A stretch of 64,000 nucleotides of DNA from Terriglobia bacterium (GCA_965206645.1 CBDBKE010000004.1:1280001-1344000), one strand, 5' to 3'; shown: positions 9,913-25,878, numbered from the stretch's first letter. The notes: generated by a model not told the origin, from the sequence alone. Made by a program: numbers and translations.

Positions 9913-11661
9913 ATGCGCAACTGGTTTCTAGGTTTGCTGTGCGGATTGGCGCTGGCGTTCCTGGTCTTGGTCGGGGCTGCGTTCTTGGCCACGATATTCT
10001 CTACCCTGCCGCCCAGCGTCGAGGAACCCACCACTTTGGTGCTGGACCTCGAAGGCAGGATCATCGAGCAAAACGCCACGGATCTGGCCGCCCGGCTGAC
10101 GCAGGGCAAGTTGAAGCCGACCTTGCGCGAGTTGCTGGAGAACATAGAGAAAGCGGCCGCCGACTCGCGGGTCACCGGGATGGTGGTCCGCCTGCGCTCT
10201 CCGCAACTGGGTTGGGCCAAGGCGGAAGAGCTCCACACCGCGCTCGGCCGCTTCCGCAAAGCGGGAAAGAAGCTTTACTGCCACCTGATCCACGCTGGGC
10301 TGCGCGAATACTATCTGACGACCGCCTGCGAAGGAATCTACATCCAGCCGGTCGGCTTGCTGGACATCAAAGGGATCCGCGCCGAGGCCACGTTCTGGAA
10401 AGGCACGCTGGACAAAATCGGCGCGCAGGCCGAGTTGGTGCACACCGGAGAATACAAGACCTTTTCCAACGCCTACACCGAGACGCGAATGACCGAAGCG
10501 CACCGCGACATGCTCAACTGGCTGGTGGACGGGCTCTACGGCCAGATGGTGCAGGCGGTCGCCGAAGCCCGTCAGAAGAGCCTGGAAGAAGCCCGCGCCG
10601 CCATCGAAGGCGGACCCTACGAACCGCAGGAGGCGAAGGAGGCCGGTCTGGTAGACCAGCTTTTGTACGAAGACCAGGTCTACGACCTGCTAAAAAACCA
10701 GGATCCCGAGAAGCGCTTTCACAAAATGTCAGCCCGAAGCTACCTGCAGGTTCCGCCGGAAGATGTGGGGCTGGCGGCCGAAGCCAAAATCGGCCTCGTC
10801 TACGGGGTGGGCACCATCCTGGCAGGCGAGGACAACCTGGATCCGCTGGGAGGTGGCCGCAGCATGGGCTCCGAAACTATGGCGCGCGTGTTGCGCCAGG
10901 CCGGCGAGGATGATTCCCTGAAGGCGGTGGTCTTTCGCGTGGACTCGCCTGGTGGCAGCGCCCTGGCATCCGACACCATCTGGCGCGCGCTGATGAATCT
11001 GCGCAAGAAGAAGCCGGTTGTCTTCTCGCTGTCCGACGTGGCCGCCTCCGGCGGCTACTACATCGCATCCACTGGGGACGCCATCGTGGCCGATCGCGCC
11101 ACCATTACGGCCTCTATCGGAGTGGTCTACGGCAAAGTCAACCTCCGCGGCTTGTACGACAAGCTCGGCATCACCAAGGACATGGTGAGCCGCGGACCCT
11201 ACGCGCGATTGGACAGTGAATACAGCTCCTACACCCCCGAGGAACGGCGGCGCATCGAGAAACTGGCCGAGGACATGTACCAGGAGTTTCTGCGTAAGGT
11301 ATCCGCGGCAAGAAAGATAAAGTTGGAGGACATGGATGCAGTCGCACGGGGGCGCGTGTTCACCGGTGAGCAGGCCAAGGAGAAGGGGTTGGTAGATGAA
11401 CTGGGGGGGTTGGAGCGGGCTGTGGAGCTGGCCAAGGAGAAAGCTGGCATCGCCCCCAGCGAGCGCGTCGAGCTGGTGCCGTTACCTCCTCCCCGCTCCC
11501 TGTTTGAAATCCTGCTGGAGCGCAGTCAGGCGACCCGGGTGCTCTTGTTTGGGTTCGAAGTGCCCCCGCAACCGGAATCGCTACGTGCCCTGCTGGCTCT
11601 GCGTCTCTTCCGTAGCGACCGCCCTCTGGCCTTGATGCCATTCCACCTGGAGTTCCGGTGA
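9913..11661 (+). CDS. sppA: Signal peptide peptidase SppA (67K type)
   Basis: Two S49 domains; GEYK, RVDSPGGSALAS, AASGGYYIA, SIGV, GRVFTGEQA..GLVDELGG. Confidence 0.93.
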   Translation: MRNWFLGLLCGLALAFLVLVGAAFLATIFSTLPPSVEEPTTLVLDLEGRIIEQNATDLAARLTQGKLKPTLRELLENIEKAAADSRVTGMVVRLRSPQLGWAKAEELHTALGRFRKAGKKLYCHLIHAGLREYYLTTACEGIYIQPVGLLDIKGIRAEATFWKGTLDKIGAQAELVHTGEYKTFSNAYTETRMTEAHRDMLNWLVDGLYGQMVQAVAEARQKSLEEARAAIEGGPYEPQEAKEAGLVDQLLYEDQVYDLLKNQDPEKRFHKMSARSYLQVPPEDVGLAAEAKIGLVYGVGTILAGEDNLDPLGGGRSMGSETMARVLRQAGEDDSLKAVVFRVDSPGGSALASDTIWRALMNLRKKKPVVFSLSDVAASGGYYIASTGDAIVADRATITASIGVVYGKVNLRGLYDKLGITKDMVSRGPYARLDSEYSSYTPEERRRIEKLAEDMYQEFLRKVSAARKIKLEDMDAVARGRVFTGEQAKEKGLVDELGGLERAVELAKEKAGIAPSERVELVPLPPPRSLFEILLERSQATRVLLFGFEVPPQPESLRALLALRLFRSDRPLALMPFHLEFR

Positions 11662-11846
11662 ACCCCGTCCACGGCACCGCGGCGAGAATGGGGCGCTCAC
11701 TTCCCTGATTATCTACTAATCTGCTTTAGATGCTGCGGGTTGCAAGAATCATATAAAGCAATGCTAGAGGTCCGAAACCGCTACTCCCGGGAACTGATCC
11801 AGACTCTGCCCGAGCCCCAGCGCAACATCCTCGTCTTGAACTTGCG

Positions 11847-13106
11847 ATGAACCGATTGCGAATTTCCAGTTGCCGATTTCGGATTGCAACCTGCCTGCTG
11901 CTTGGGCCGGTTCTGCTTGGGCCGGTTGCGCTAGTGGCGCTGTGCAGCCCGGCCCCGTCACCCGCTACCCTCAACTCCTCGGTCGCCGGGCAAGCCACTC
12001 CCGCCGCTTCTTCCCCGGACAAGCGCACGGCTGCCCTTGAAGCGCTGGAGCAGGTTGACGCGCTGCTCCAGCAAGCTGGCCAGATCACCGGGCTGTCCGT
12101 ACAGCATCCGGTCAAGAGCGGGATCGTCACCAAGGAGCAAGTCCAGAGCTACATCCAGCAACACTTGAAGGAAGACTCCACGTCTCAGCAGCTGCACGCT
12201 CAGGAAGTCGCCCTGAAACAGTTCGGGCTGCTGCCGGCTGACTTTGAATTGAAGACGTTCCTTGTAAAGCTGCTCACCGAACAGGCCACGGCCTACTACG
12301 ACCACCAACGGAAGCAGTTCTACATCGCCGACTGGACCCCGATGCCCGTGCTGCGCCCGGCCATGATCCATGAGCTGACGCACGCGCTGCAGGACCAGCA
12401 GGTGGGCCTGGAGCACTTCCTGCGGCAAGACGGGTTGAACCAGGACGAGCAAATGGCGCGCGTAGCCGTGGTCGAGGGCAGCGGCATGCTGGCCATGACC
12501 GAATACCTGCTGTCGCGCCGCGACCCGGAAGAGCTGAAGGCGATGGTCGCATCCTTGGACCTGAAGCAGTTCGCCGTATTCCAGGAAGCCCCCTCATACC
12601 TGCGCGAAAGCCTGCTGTTCCCCTATACCGCCGGAGCGCAGTATATCCGCTGGCTGGTGGAGAAGAAGGGCAAGGCAGCCTACACGGCAGCGCTTGACAA
12701 CCCGCCGCGCTCAACCGCCGAGGTGCTGCACCCGGGACGCACAGTGCCACCTGCAGAGGATCTGGAACCTCCGGACGACCTCCCGCTGCCGGCCGGCTAC
12801 AAGCTGCTTGACAGCAACGTGCTTGGAGAGCTAGAAGTGCGGGTCTTGCTGAAGCAGTACATAGATGAGGAAACAGCTCATCGGCTCGCCCCTACCTGGC
12901 GCGGATTCCGCTACGCTGTCTACGAAAACCAGACGCGCTCAGACGCCTTTCTTGTACACCGCTCCAGCTGGCGCGACGCCGCGGCTGCCGCCGCCTTCGC
13001 CGATGCCTACCGCAAGGTTCTCGCCGCCAAGGGCGAGAACAACGCCACCGTACAGCTCGAAGGAAACACTCTCACAATCCACGAAGGGCTTGCTGTCGCA
13101 CACTAG
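11847..13106 (+). CDS. Secreted putative zinc metallopeptidase-like protein
   Basis: Signal-like N-terminus; HELTHALQDQ (HExxH) followed by VEG, FPY..G, PP.ST. Confidence 0.7.
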   Translation: MNRLRISSCRFRIATCLLLGPVLLGPVALVALCSPAPSPATLNSSVAGQATPAASSPDKRTAALEALEQVDALLQQAGQITGLSVQHPVKSGIVTKEQVQSYIQQHLKEDSTSQQLHAQEVALKQFGLLPADFELKTFLVKLLTEQATAYYDHQRKQFYIADWTPMPVLRPAMIHELTHALQDQQVGLEHFLRQDGLNQDEQMARVAVVEGSGMLAMTEYLLSRRDPEELKAMVASLDLKQFAVFQEAPSYLRESLLFPYTAGAQYIRWLVEKKGKAAYTAALDNPPRSTAEVLHPGRTVPPAEDLEPPDDLPLPAGYKLLDSNVLGELEVRVLLKQYIDEETAHRLAPTWRGFRYAVYENQTRSDAFLVHRSSWRDAAAAAAFADAYRKVLAAKGENNATVQLEGNTLTIHEGLAVAH

Positions 13107-13148
13107 GGCCATACTTTGCGCCAGGCATGCCGCCCACACGTGGCGGCG

Positions 13149-14411
13149 TTACAGACGCACTGGGAGCTGTGAAGAGGAAACCAGCTTGCGCTGGAGGCGC
13201 TCAAGGCGGTGGTGCCAAGGTGCGGTGTCGGAAGATGCGGCCAGACCGGCGCGGGCCGCGCCCAAGGCGCGGGGGTAGTCGCGGGCGCGGTGCTCGTAGT
13301 ATTTGGCAAGTTCCTCGATGGCCTGCAGACGCTCACCATTGCGTATGGCTGCCAGCTCGGTCCACAAGGGCAGGGCGTGCTGGTAGTCGCGGGCGCGTTT
13401 GTAGAGCGCTGCCAGCTCGGCTTTGGCGCGCCACTGGACCGTGTCGGGCAATCGGCCGGCCAGGGCACGTTGGCCCAGGAGACGTTGGTAAAGCTGCGCG
13501 GCCAGTTGGCGACGACCCACCTTAGCAATCCAGGCGGCTAGGCTGTAGAGGTCCAGCGGGTGGGCAAGCGGAGCCGCTTCAGGCCGGCCCACCGCCGCCA
13601 GGACCAGCGCCGTCAGGCAGGCCAGAGTCAGGATGTCCATCTGGTTGTGGTGAAAAATGGGCACCAGCTTGAGGGCGTCGTGGGTGCGCAGGTAGTCGAA
13701 GTAGTAGTAGGGGATCAGCTCCCCCGGCAGGTCACCCTCCCGGTAAAAACCTAGCACTTCTGCTTCGATTTCGGTCAGGCGGCAGGAGGCCAGCCGCAGG
13801 CGAAACAGCCGACGCGCCGAGTGCAGCACGTCCAGGTGCGCCAGGCGCTGATGCGCCGGGCGGCGGCGCGCCATGCGGAAGCGCGTTTCGAGCAGCGGCC
13901 CATCAAACGATTTACCGTTGTAGGTGACCAGCACGTCGAAGCGCGACAGGTGATCGGCGAGCGCATCCAGCATGGCCGGCTCTTCCGAGTAATCGCGCAT
14001 GAAGAACTGGCGGACGCAGAAATCGCGCCCCTCCAGCGCCCCCACGCCGACCAGAAAGCAGTAGGTGCCGGTGCCGCCAGCCAGTCCCGTGGTTTCCGTA
14101 TCCAGGAAAGCCCAGCGCGACGGGGGTGCGGTCACACCCAGCGGTGCGCCGTCCATCCCGGCGAGTGTGGAGATGTCCGCATTGCCGTGCCGCCGGTGAA
14201 AACCATAGGTGCGCGAGGAGAGAAAACAGGCGCCCGAGGGCGATTCCAGGATTTCCCCGTCCAGCACGTCCTCGACGCCCTGCGGGGAAAGCGTCGCCGA
14301 GCGCGCCGACCAACGGCTCTGCTCTTCCGCGGCGGCCGCAGGCGGGCCATACCGCCACTTGCGGTCAATGCGGGTGATCTTGCGCCGCAGCCTGTCCAGC
14401 TCCGTCTGCAT
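13149..14411 (-). CDS. RNase H-like (DEDD) exonuclease with TPR-like C-terminus, MrfB/YprB-like
   Basis: FLDTETTGLAGGTGT, VTYNGKSFD, HLDVLH.ARR, HNQMDI; ELAKYYEHR TPR-like tail; downstream of DUF1998 helicase. Confidence 0.88.
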   Translation of the reverse strand: MQTELDRLRRKITRIDRKWRYGPPAAAAEEQSRWSARSATLSPQGVEDVLDGEILESPSGACFLSSRTYGFHRRHGNADISTLAGMDGAPLGVTAPPSRWAFLDTETTGLAGGTGTYCFLVGVGALEGRDFCVRQFFMRDYSEEPAMLDALADHLSRFDVLVTYNGKSFDGPLLETRFRMARRRPAHQRLAHLDVLHSARRLFRLRLASCRLTEIEAEVLGFYREGDLPGELIPYYYFDYLRTHDALKLVPIFHHNQMDILTLACLTALVLAAVGRPEAAPLAHPLDLYSLAAWIAKVGRRQLAAQLYQRLLGQRALAGRLPDTVQWRAKAELAALYKRARDYQHALPLWTELAAIRNGERLQAIEELAKYYEHRARDYPRALGAARAGLAASSDTAPWHHRLERLQRKLVSSSQLPVRL

Positions 14412-14453
14412 TGCCGTTCCTAGGGTGTGCCTGCGCGCCCGCCGGGCCGGACA

Positions 14454-16868
<2,415 letters not shown>

Positions 16869-16921
16869 TTCGCCTTTACTTCGCCAGTCTCCTTTGTAAC
16901 ATGAGCCTAACCGAAAGGCAA
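16869..16921 (-). promoter_or_regulatory. Sigma70-type promoter (TTGCCT-17-TACAAA) followed by a LexA-box-like direct repeat (TTCGCC-N5-TTCGCC on + strand)
   Basis: -35 at 16921-16916, -10 at 16898-16893 with TG extension, 11-bp-period repeat at 16869-16885 abutting the helicase ATG. Confidence 0.6.
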
Positions 16922-17017
16922 GTCCGAGGAAAATTCAAGGCGTGCTCTAAACGGACCCCGGCCGTGGTTTCACGACCGAGCCTTCTGGGGGAAAATCATC
17001 CACAGGCTGGGAGAAAA

Positions 17018-17575
17018 TCAGCCAGGCCGGGTGGTAAGCAGGCGGCGGAGGCGGTGGCGACTCATCAAAAGGGCGGCCAGACTCATGCCGTCCCGGAAGC
17101 GGTTGGTGGCGATCAGCTGCTCCAGTCGCCGCCAGCTAACCTCGCGAACCCGTATATGCTCCGTGTGTTCTAGTTGTTGCGCCTCGCGGCGCAAGCCGGT
17201 GGCCAGGAAGACGTGGCAGAATTCGCTGCTCACCCCGCTGTAGACGACAAACTTGCCGATCTTTTCCAGCCGCCGCGCCACGTAGCCCGTCTCTTCCTTC
17301 AGCTCCTTGCGGGCTGCGGCCCCCAGTGGCAGCCCGTCGGTGCCGCCTCCTGGCAGTTCGTAATTCCAGCCGTGTGTCGGGTAGCGATACTCCCGGATGA
17401 TGATGATGCGGCCCTCCCGGGTCACCGGCACGATCAGTACCGAGGGGTCGGCCTCCACGACCACGTGCTGGAACTCGTGCCCGGCAGGAGAACGCACCCG
17501 GTGATTCTCCAAACACAGCCAGGGACTGGAAAAAATCCGTTTGACCTCAAGGCACTTCCACTGCCGCTTGGCCAT
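17018..17575 (-). CDS. NUDIX hydrolase (ADP-ribose pyrophosphatase-like)
   Basis: Nudix box ELPGG...AARKELKEETG; EYRYP. Confidence 0.9.
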   Translation of the reverse strand: MAKRQWKCLEVKRIFSSPWLCLENHRVRSPAGHEFQHVVVEADPSVLIVPVTREGRIIIIREYRYPTHGWNYELPGGGTDGLPLGAAARKELKEETGYVARRLEKIGKFVVYSGVSSEFCHVFLATGLRREAQQLEHTEHIRVREVSWRRLEQLIATNRFRDGMSLAALLMSRHRLRRLLTTRPG

Positions 17576-17833
17576 GCTAGCTCCTCAATTCAGGGTCTAA
17601 AGTCCCAACTCCTAGCGGGACGCTGAAAAAGAAATCCTGCCCACAGGCAGACCAGGCCCTACCAGTCTCTCCAAACATGGACCCCTAGAAGACATTGTGC
17701 CGCAAGTAGTACCTGGAAGACACGCGACCGGGCTTGCGCACCGTGCTCAGGACCTCGCTGTGGTATAGTTTCATCGAAATGGCCGGCCTGATGGCGACAA
17801 GCGACCGCTTGCTGCCAACGAGGAGTCCAATGC

Positions 17834-18364
17834 ATGTGGAAAACGCGTAAAGAAGAAGCCACAACCAACGTGGCAAAGGAGGTGAGTCCTGTGGCTACAC
17901 CCAGTGAACGGAGACCTTTCGAGCCAGAGCGGGAAGGATCGGCCCGCAGTGGAATGGCCTACATCGGCAAAACCGTCGTCGTAAAAGGGGAGCTGTCGGG
18001 AAGGGAGGACCTGTACCTTGATGGAGAAGTCGAAGGCACGGTGGAACTGCCAGACCACAACCTGACCGTCGGACCCAACGGCCGGGTCAAGGCCAACCTG
18101 CACGCCAAGGACATTACCATCATCGGCAAAGTGCAGGGGAACGTGCGCGCCATCGACAAGGTCGAGATCCGAAAGTCCGGATCGTTGATCGGCGATATCA
18201 TCACAGCCCGGCCCATCATCGAGGAGGGCGCCTACGTCAAGGGAAGCATTGAAACCCAGCGGGCCGAAGTGGCCCGGGCGGAGGCCAGGAAAGCGGAGAC
18301 GGCCGCCGCCGCTACCGCGCCATCGTCCTATGCCGGTCTCAGCACGGAAAAGAAGCTTCCTTGA
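17834..18364 (+). CDS. Bactofilin (polymer-forming cytoskeletal protein)
   Basis: IGKTVVVKGEL..EDLYLDGEVEG, LTVGPNG.V, I.G.V.GNV, GDI....IIEEGA..KG; AGGAG RBS. Confidence 0.9.
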   Translation: MWKTRKEEATTNVAKEVSPVATPSERRPFEPEREGSARSGMAYIGKTVVVKGELSGREDLYLDGEVEGTVELPDHNLTVGPNGRVKANLHAKDITIIGKVQGNVRAIDKVEIRKSGSLIGDIITARPIIEEGAYVKGSIETQRAEVARAEARKAETAAAATAPSSYAGLSTEKKLP

Positions 18365-18424
18365 TCCTTCCGATCGGCCACAACCGGACGCCACCGGCCC
18401 GGACGGCCCCGCAAGACCGAGCAT

Positions 18425-19102
18425 GTGCCCTATGGGAAAGCAGTGACCCAGCTTACCGAAAACCTGAAGAAGCTGTTCAAGCCGGGCGAAGTGCAGCACC
18501 CATGGTCTCCTCCTACCCCACCGCCTCAGCTGCGCCACAGCAGCGGGGTGCGCGAATTCTGCAGCGAACTGAAAGGGCAGCGAGGCTTGCGGGTGCTCGA
18601 TGTGGGCGCGGCTTGCCAAGCCAACGTCAGTTTCTTCACTGGACTGGGCCACAAGATTTACACCGAAGACATTTACCCGGCGCTGGCCAGCAATGCCTAC
18701 CGCGTGCGCGGGGAGAAAGGCCGTTGGCGTTTCGACCCTCAGGCCTTTCTGGACAAGAACTTAAACTATCAGATGCTGCTGTTTGACGCCGTGCTGTGCT
18801 GGGACCTGCTGGACCGGGTGGAGGAAAGCGCAGTGCGGCCTCTGGTCGATCGCCTGCATTGGGTTCTGAAACCAGGCGGCGTGCTGCTCAGCTTCTTCCA
18901 CACCGCAGAGCCGGGCGCCACTGTCCCTAGCTACCGCTACCTGATCCAGGGGGCAGAGACACTCGAGTTGCTGCCCCGCGGCCAGACCCCGCTGCGCCGC
19001 CCTCTGAACAACCGCAACATTGAAAAACTGTTCCGGACGTTCCACTCCATCAAGTTTTTCCTGGCGCGCGACAATCTGCGCGAAGTCCTGGTTATTCGCT
19101 AA
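18425..19102 (+). CDS. Class I SAM-dependent methyltransferase-like protein
   Basis: VLDVG, FDAVLCWD, LKPGG. Confidence 0.75.
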   Translation: MPYGKAVTQLTENLKKLFKPGEVQHPWSPPTPPPQLRHSSGVREFCSELKGQRGLRVLDVGAACQANVSFFTGLGHKIYTEDIYPALASNAYRVRGEKGRWRFDPQAFLDKNLNYQMLLFDAVLCWDLLDRVEESAVRPLVDRLHWVLKPGGVLLSFFHTAEPGATVPSYRYLIQGAETLELLPRGQTPLRRPLNNRNIEKLFRTFHSIKFFLARDNLREVLVIR

Positions 19103-19248
19103 AACCTGAGCACGGACACCCCGGCTACGCGAGTCGGCACTGGCTTGCAGCCAGCACGGAAAAGGCTTACTCTTCCAACCAGCAGAACATTCGCCCCGGG
19201 GGCCGAAGGGGTGCCGGGAGATCACAGAACTCATCAAGGGGAACAGGC

Positions 19249-22809
<3,561 letters not shown>

Positions 22810-22835
22810 AGCCCGGAGCAGCAGGAACGCCGCCC

Positions 22836-22893
22836 GTAGTTGTGTGACCACATCCGGTAGTTGTGTGACCACCTCTCGTGGTTTTGTAACCAG
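22836..22893. repeat. Three 16-bp units at 21-bp period (GTAGTTGTGTGACCAC x2, GTGGTTTTGTAACCAG)
   Basis: Read directly; ends immediately before moeA ATG. Confidence 0.75.
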
Positions 22894-24159
22894 ATGATGC
22901 TGCGGTTCTCCGAAGCACGGCAAACAGTCCTGGACACAGTCCTGGACAAGGTGCGCGCCGAAAGGAGCAGAGCTGCGCAGGAAACCGTGGAGCTCTCGGC
23001 CGCAGCTGGCAGAGTTCTCGCTGAGCAGGTGATCGCCGACCGGGATTATCCGCCGTTTGACCGCGCCACCCGGGATGGGTACGCCGTGCACGCGGCCGAC
23101 GTGGCCGCGCCGCCGGCGGAGCTGAAGCTGACGGGCGAGGTGCGCGCCGGCTGCGCCTTGAACGGCACCGTTAACCCCGGTGAGTGCGTCTCCATCATGA
23201 CCGGGGCGCCGGTACCGGCCGGCGCCGACGCAGTGGTGATGCTCGAGTACACCGAGCAGCTTGGCGAGCAGGAGCCGGCTGCCGCTCGCATCCAGATCCA
23301 GCGCAGCGTGCAAGTCGGCGAGAACCTGGTGCCACGCGGCTCGGAGGCGTCCGCGGGCGCTATAGTGCTGCCCGCCGGCCGGCGGGTGGGCTATGCCGAA
23401 ATCGCCATGCTTGCCAGTGTCGGCTGCATCCGCGTCCCGGTGTCCCGCCGGCCCCAGGTGGCCATTCTCCCCACCGGGGACGAAGTGGTGGAATTGGACC
23501 GCCAGCCGCTTCCCTTCCAGATTCGCAACAGCAACAGCTACTCGTTGCGGGTGCAGGTTGCCGCCGCCGGCGGCCACCCGTGCCCGCTGCCCATCGCGCC
23601 CGATGAATACGGACGGCTGCGCCAGTTGATCGAACAGGGGCTTGCGGCCGACCTGTTATTGCTCTCCGGGGGCGTCTCGGTGGGCAAGTATGACCTAGTG
23701 GAGCAGGTACTGCGTGATCTGGGAGCCGAGTTCTACTTCGATGCTGTTGCCATGAAACCGGGACGCCCACTGGTGTTTGGCCGGGCGGGAGGGGCATTTT
23801 TCTTCGGCCTGCCCGGAAACCCGCTTTCCACGATGGTGACCTTCGAGCTGTTCGCGCGACCGGCGCTCGATGTACTGTGCGGGGCCAAGCCGCCTCCACT
23901 GGTGTATCTGCGCGCTCGCCTCGAGCAACCGGTGCGACAGAAGCCCGGCCTGACAAGCTTCTTGCCCGCGGTCCTGAGCCAGGCCGGAGCCCCGGAGGAG
24001 GCGCGCAATGATTTCCTCCCGGCGGTGCGGGTCGTGCCCTGGCAGGGCTCGGGCGACATTGCTGCGCTGGCTCGCGCCAACTGTTATCTGGTGGTTCCGG
24101 AAGACCGCGGACAGCTAGCCGAAGGGGAGCTGGTTGGGGTGCTGCCCCGATCCCAGTAG
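22894..24159 (+). CDS. moeA: Molybdopterin molybdotransferase MoeA
   Basis: PPFDRA..DGYAV, IMTGAPVP.GADAV, TGDE, IRNSN, SGGVSVG.YD, KPGRP, LPGNP. Confidence 0.95.
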   Translation: MMLRFSEARQTVLDTVLDKVRAERSRAAQETVELSAAAGRVLAEQVIADRDYPPFDRATRDGYAVHAADVAAPPAELKLTGEVRAGCALNGTVNPGECVSIMTGAPVPAGADAVVMLEYTEQLGEQEPAAARIQIQRSVQVGENLVPRGSEASAGAIVLPAGRRVGYAEIAMLASVGCIRVPVSRRPQVAILPTGDEVVELDRQPLPFQIRNSNSYSLRVQVAAAGGHPCPLPIAPDEYGRLRQLIEQGLAADLLLLSGGVSVGKYDLVEQVLRDLGAEFYFDAVAMKPGRPLVFGRAGGAFFFGLPGNPLSTMVTFELFARPALDVLCGAKPPPLVYLRARLEQPVRQKPGLTSFLPAVLSQAGAPEEARNDFLPAVRVVPWQGSGDIAALARANCYLVVPEDRGQLAEGELVGVLPRSQ

Positions 24160-24198
24160 GCAGCCGGCCGTCGCAAGACAGAAGCCGCAAAGCAGAAC

Positions 24199-24684
24199 AT
24201 GTCCAAACCGACGCATTGGGACAAACAGGGGCGGGCGCGCATGGTCGACGTCAGCAACAAGCCCGCCTCCCGCCGCCAGGCGCGTGCCCGCGCCTTCCTG
24301 CGCATCTCCCCGCAGGCGCTGCGCCGCCTGCCAGAGAACCCCAAGGGTCACCCGCTGGAGGTCGCTCGCATTGCGGGAATCACAGCCGCCAAGCGGACCG
24401 CCGAGCTGATTCCTCTGTGCCACCCGCTGCCGCTGACCCACATTGATGTGGAGGCGCGCGTGTGCGACAATGGCGTCGAGTTGCTGTCGGTCGTCAGCAC
24501 CACCGGAGGCACCGGAGTGGAGATGGAGGCGCTGACCGCGGTGGCCGTCGCTGCCCTGACCGTCTACGATATGTGCAAAGCGCTGGATCGCTCGATGGAA
24601 ATCACCTCCGTCTGCCTGCTGGAGAAGAGCGGCGGCCGCAGCGGCACCTACCGTAGGGAAGGCCGGAGGAAACGGTGGCCGTAA
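24199..24684 (+). CDS. moaC: Cyclic pyranopterin monophosphate synthase MoaC
   Basis: [47 protein letters not shown]. Confidence 0.96.
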   Translation: MSKPTHWDKQGRARMVDVSNKPASRRQARARAFLRISPQALRRLPENPKGHPLEVARIAGITAAKRTAELIPLCHPLPLTHIDVEARVCDNGVELLSVVSTTGGTGVEMEALTAVAVAALTVYDMCKALDRSMEITSVCLLEKSGGRSGTYRREGRRKRWP

Positions 24685-25400
24685 GGATCCTACTGGTGGA
24701 CGACAACGCACTGGTGCTGGACTTGATGCGCCGAGGTCTGGAAGCCCATGGGCAAGTAGAGGCTTTGAGCGACGGGACCGACGCACTGCTGAAGGCGCTG
24801 GAGTCGCCTCCGGACCTGATCATCAGCGACTACCGCATGGGCGGGCTGGACGGTCGCCAACTGCTGGAGAAACTGCGCGCCAAGCCACAAACCCAGAAAG
24901 TGCCAGTGGTCCTGCTGGCCACCAAGTCGGATGTGGATGAAAGACTGCAAGGGATTTCCGACCAGGTGGAGGACTTCTTCATCAAGCCCTTCTTCGTGCG
25001 CGACCTAACCAAGCGCGCCAAGCGGATTATTGACCGCATCCATCTGGAAAAGATACAGCGCGAGTCGGCCGCGCCCGGCGGCGGCTTCGCCGGCCGGCTA
25101 TCCGAGATGGGCATCATGGACCTGTTCCAGACCCTGGAAATGGGACAGAAAACCTGTGCCCTGTCCGTCACCGGCCCCGACGACCGGCAGACGGCGATGA
25201 TTTACTTCGCTGACGGACAAGTCCACCACGCGCTAATGAACGACGTTAAGGGCGATGCCGTCATCAATCACATCGTGCACTGAAACGACGGCAGCTTCCA
25301 ACTGGACTTCAACGCGCGCAGCAGCGAGCGGAGCACAACCACCGGCACGCAGAGCCTGCTGATGAAAGCTCTGCGCCTGATGGACGAAGAGAGCATGTGA
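24675..25400 (+). pseudogene. Response regulator receiver + DUF4388-like domain, premature TGA at 25281-25283
   Basis: ILLVDD, D.IISD.RM..LDG, KPF; G.L....MDLFQ.L; the frame continues after the stop as NDGSFQLDF...LLMKALRLMDE. Confidence 0.75.
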
Positions 25401-25401
25401 G

Positions 25402-25878
25402 GTGCGCGCAGCCGTCCTGACTGTCAGCGATTCCTGCTACCGGGGCGAACGGCCCGACCGCTCGGGTCCCGAAGTGGCCGAGCGCCTTCGCGCGCTGGGT
25501 TGGGAGGTACTGGCGCAGGGCATTGTGCCGGACGAGTCCGACGCCATTCTGCTGGCCCTGCAACAGTGGGCTACCCGCGACGACCTGGACGCCATCTTCA
25601 CCGCCGGCGGCACCGGCGTCGCTCCGCGCGATGTAACCCCGGAGGCCACCCGCGCGGTCATCGAGCGCGAGGTGCCCGGGCTGGCCGAGTTGATGCGGGC
25701 GGAAGGGGTGAAGAACACCCGCCGTGCGGCCCTCTCCCGCGCCGTGGCCGGAACCTGCGGCGACAAGCTGATTCTGAACCTGCCCGGCAACCCGCGCGGG
25801 GCCGTCGAATCTCTGGACGCGGTGGCCGATCTGCTGCCCCACGTGCTGGAACTGCTCCGCGGCGACTCCCCGCATTGA
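25402..25878 (+). CDS. MogA/MoaB family molybdenum cofactor biosynthesis protein
   Basis: LTVSD, DRSGP, VPDE, GGTGVAPRDVTPEAT, LSR, NLPGNP. Confidence 0.93.
   Translation: MRAAVLTVSDSCYRGERPDRSGPEVAERLRALGWEVLAQGIVPDESDAILLALQQWATRDDLDAIFTAGGTGVAPRDVTPEATRAVIEREVPGLAELMRAEGVKNTRRAALSRAVAGTCGDKLILNLPGNPRGAVESLDAVADLLPHVLELLRGDSPH

Noticed and set aside
16980-17017. DnaA-box cluster / replication origin (TCATCCACA and weak neighbours)
   Set aside because: One near-match only, short gap, no AT-rich unwinding element or dnaA context
22836-22893. Mini CRISPR array
   Set aside because: Repeats are 16 bp with 5-bp spacers, far too short, and there are no cas genes in the window
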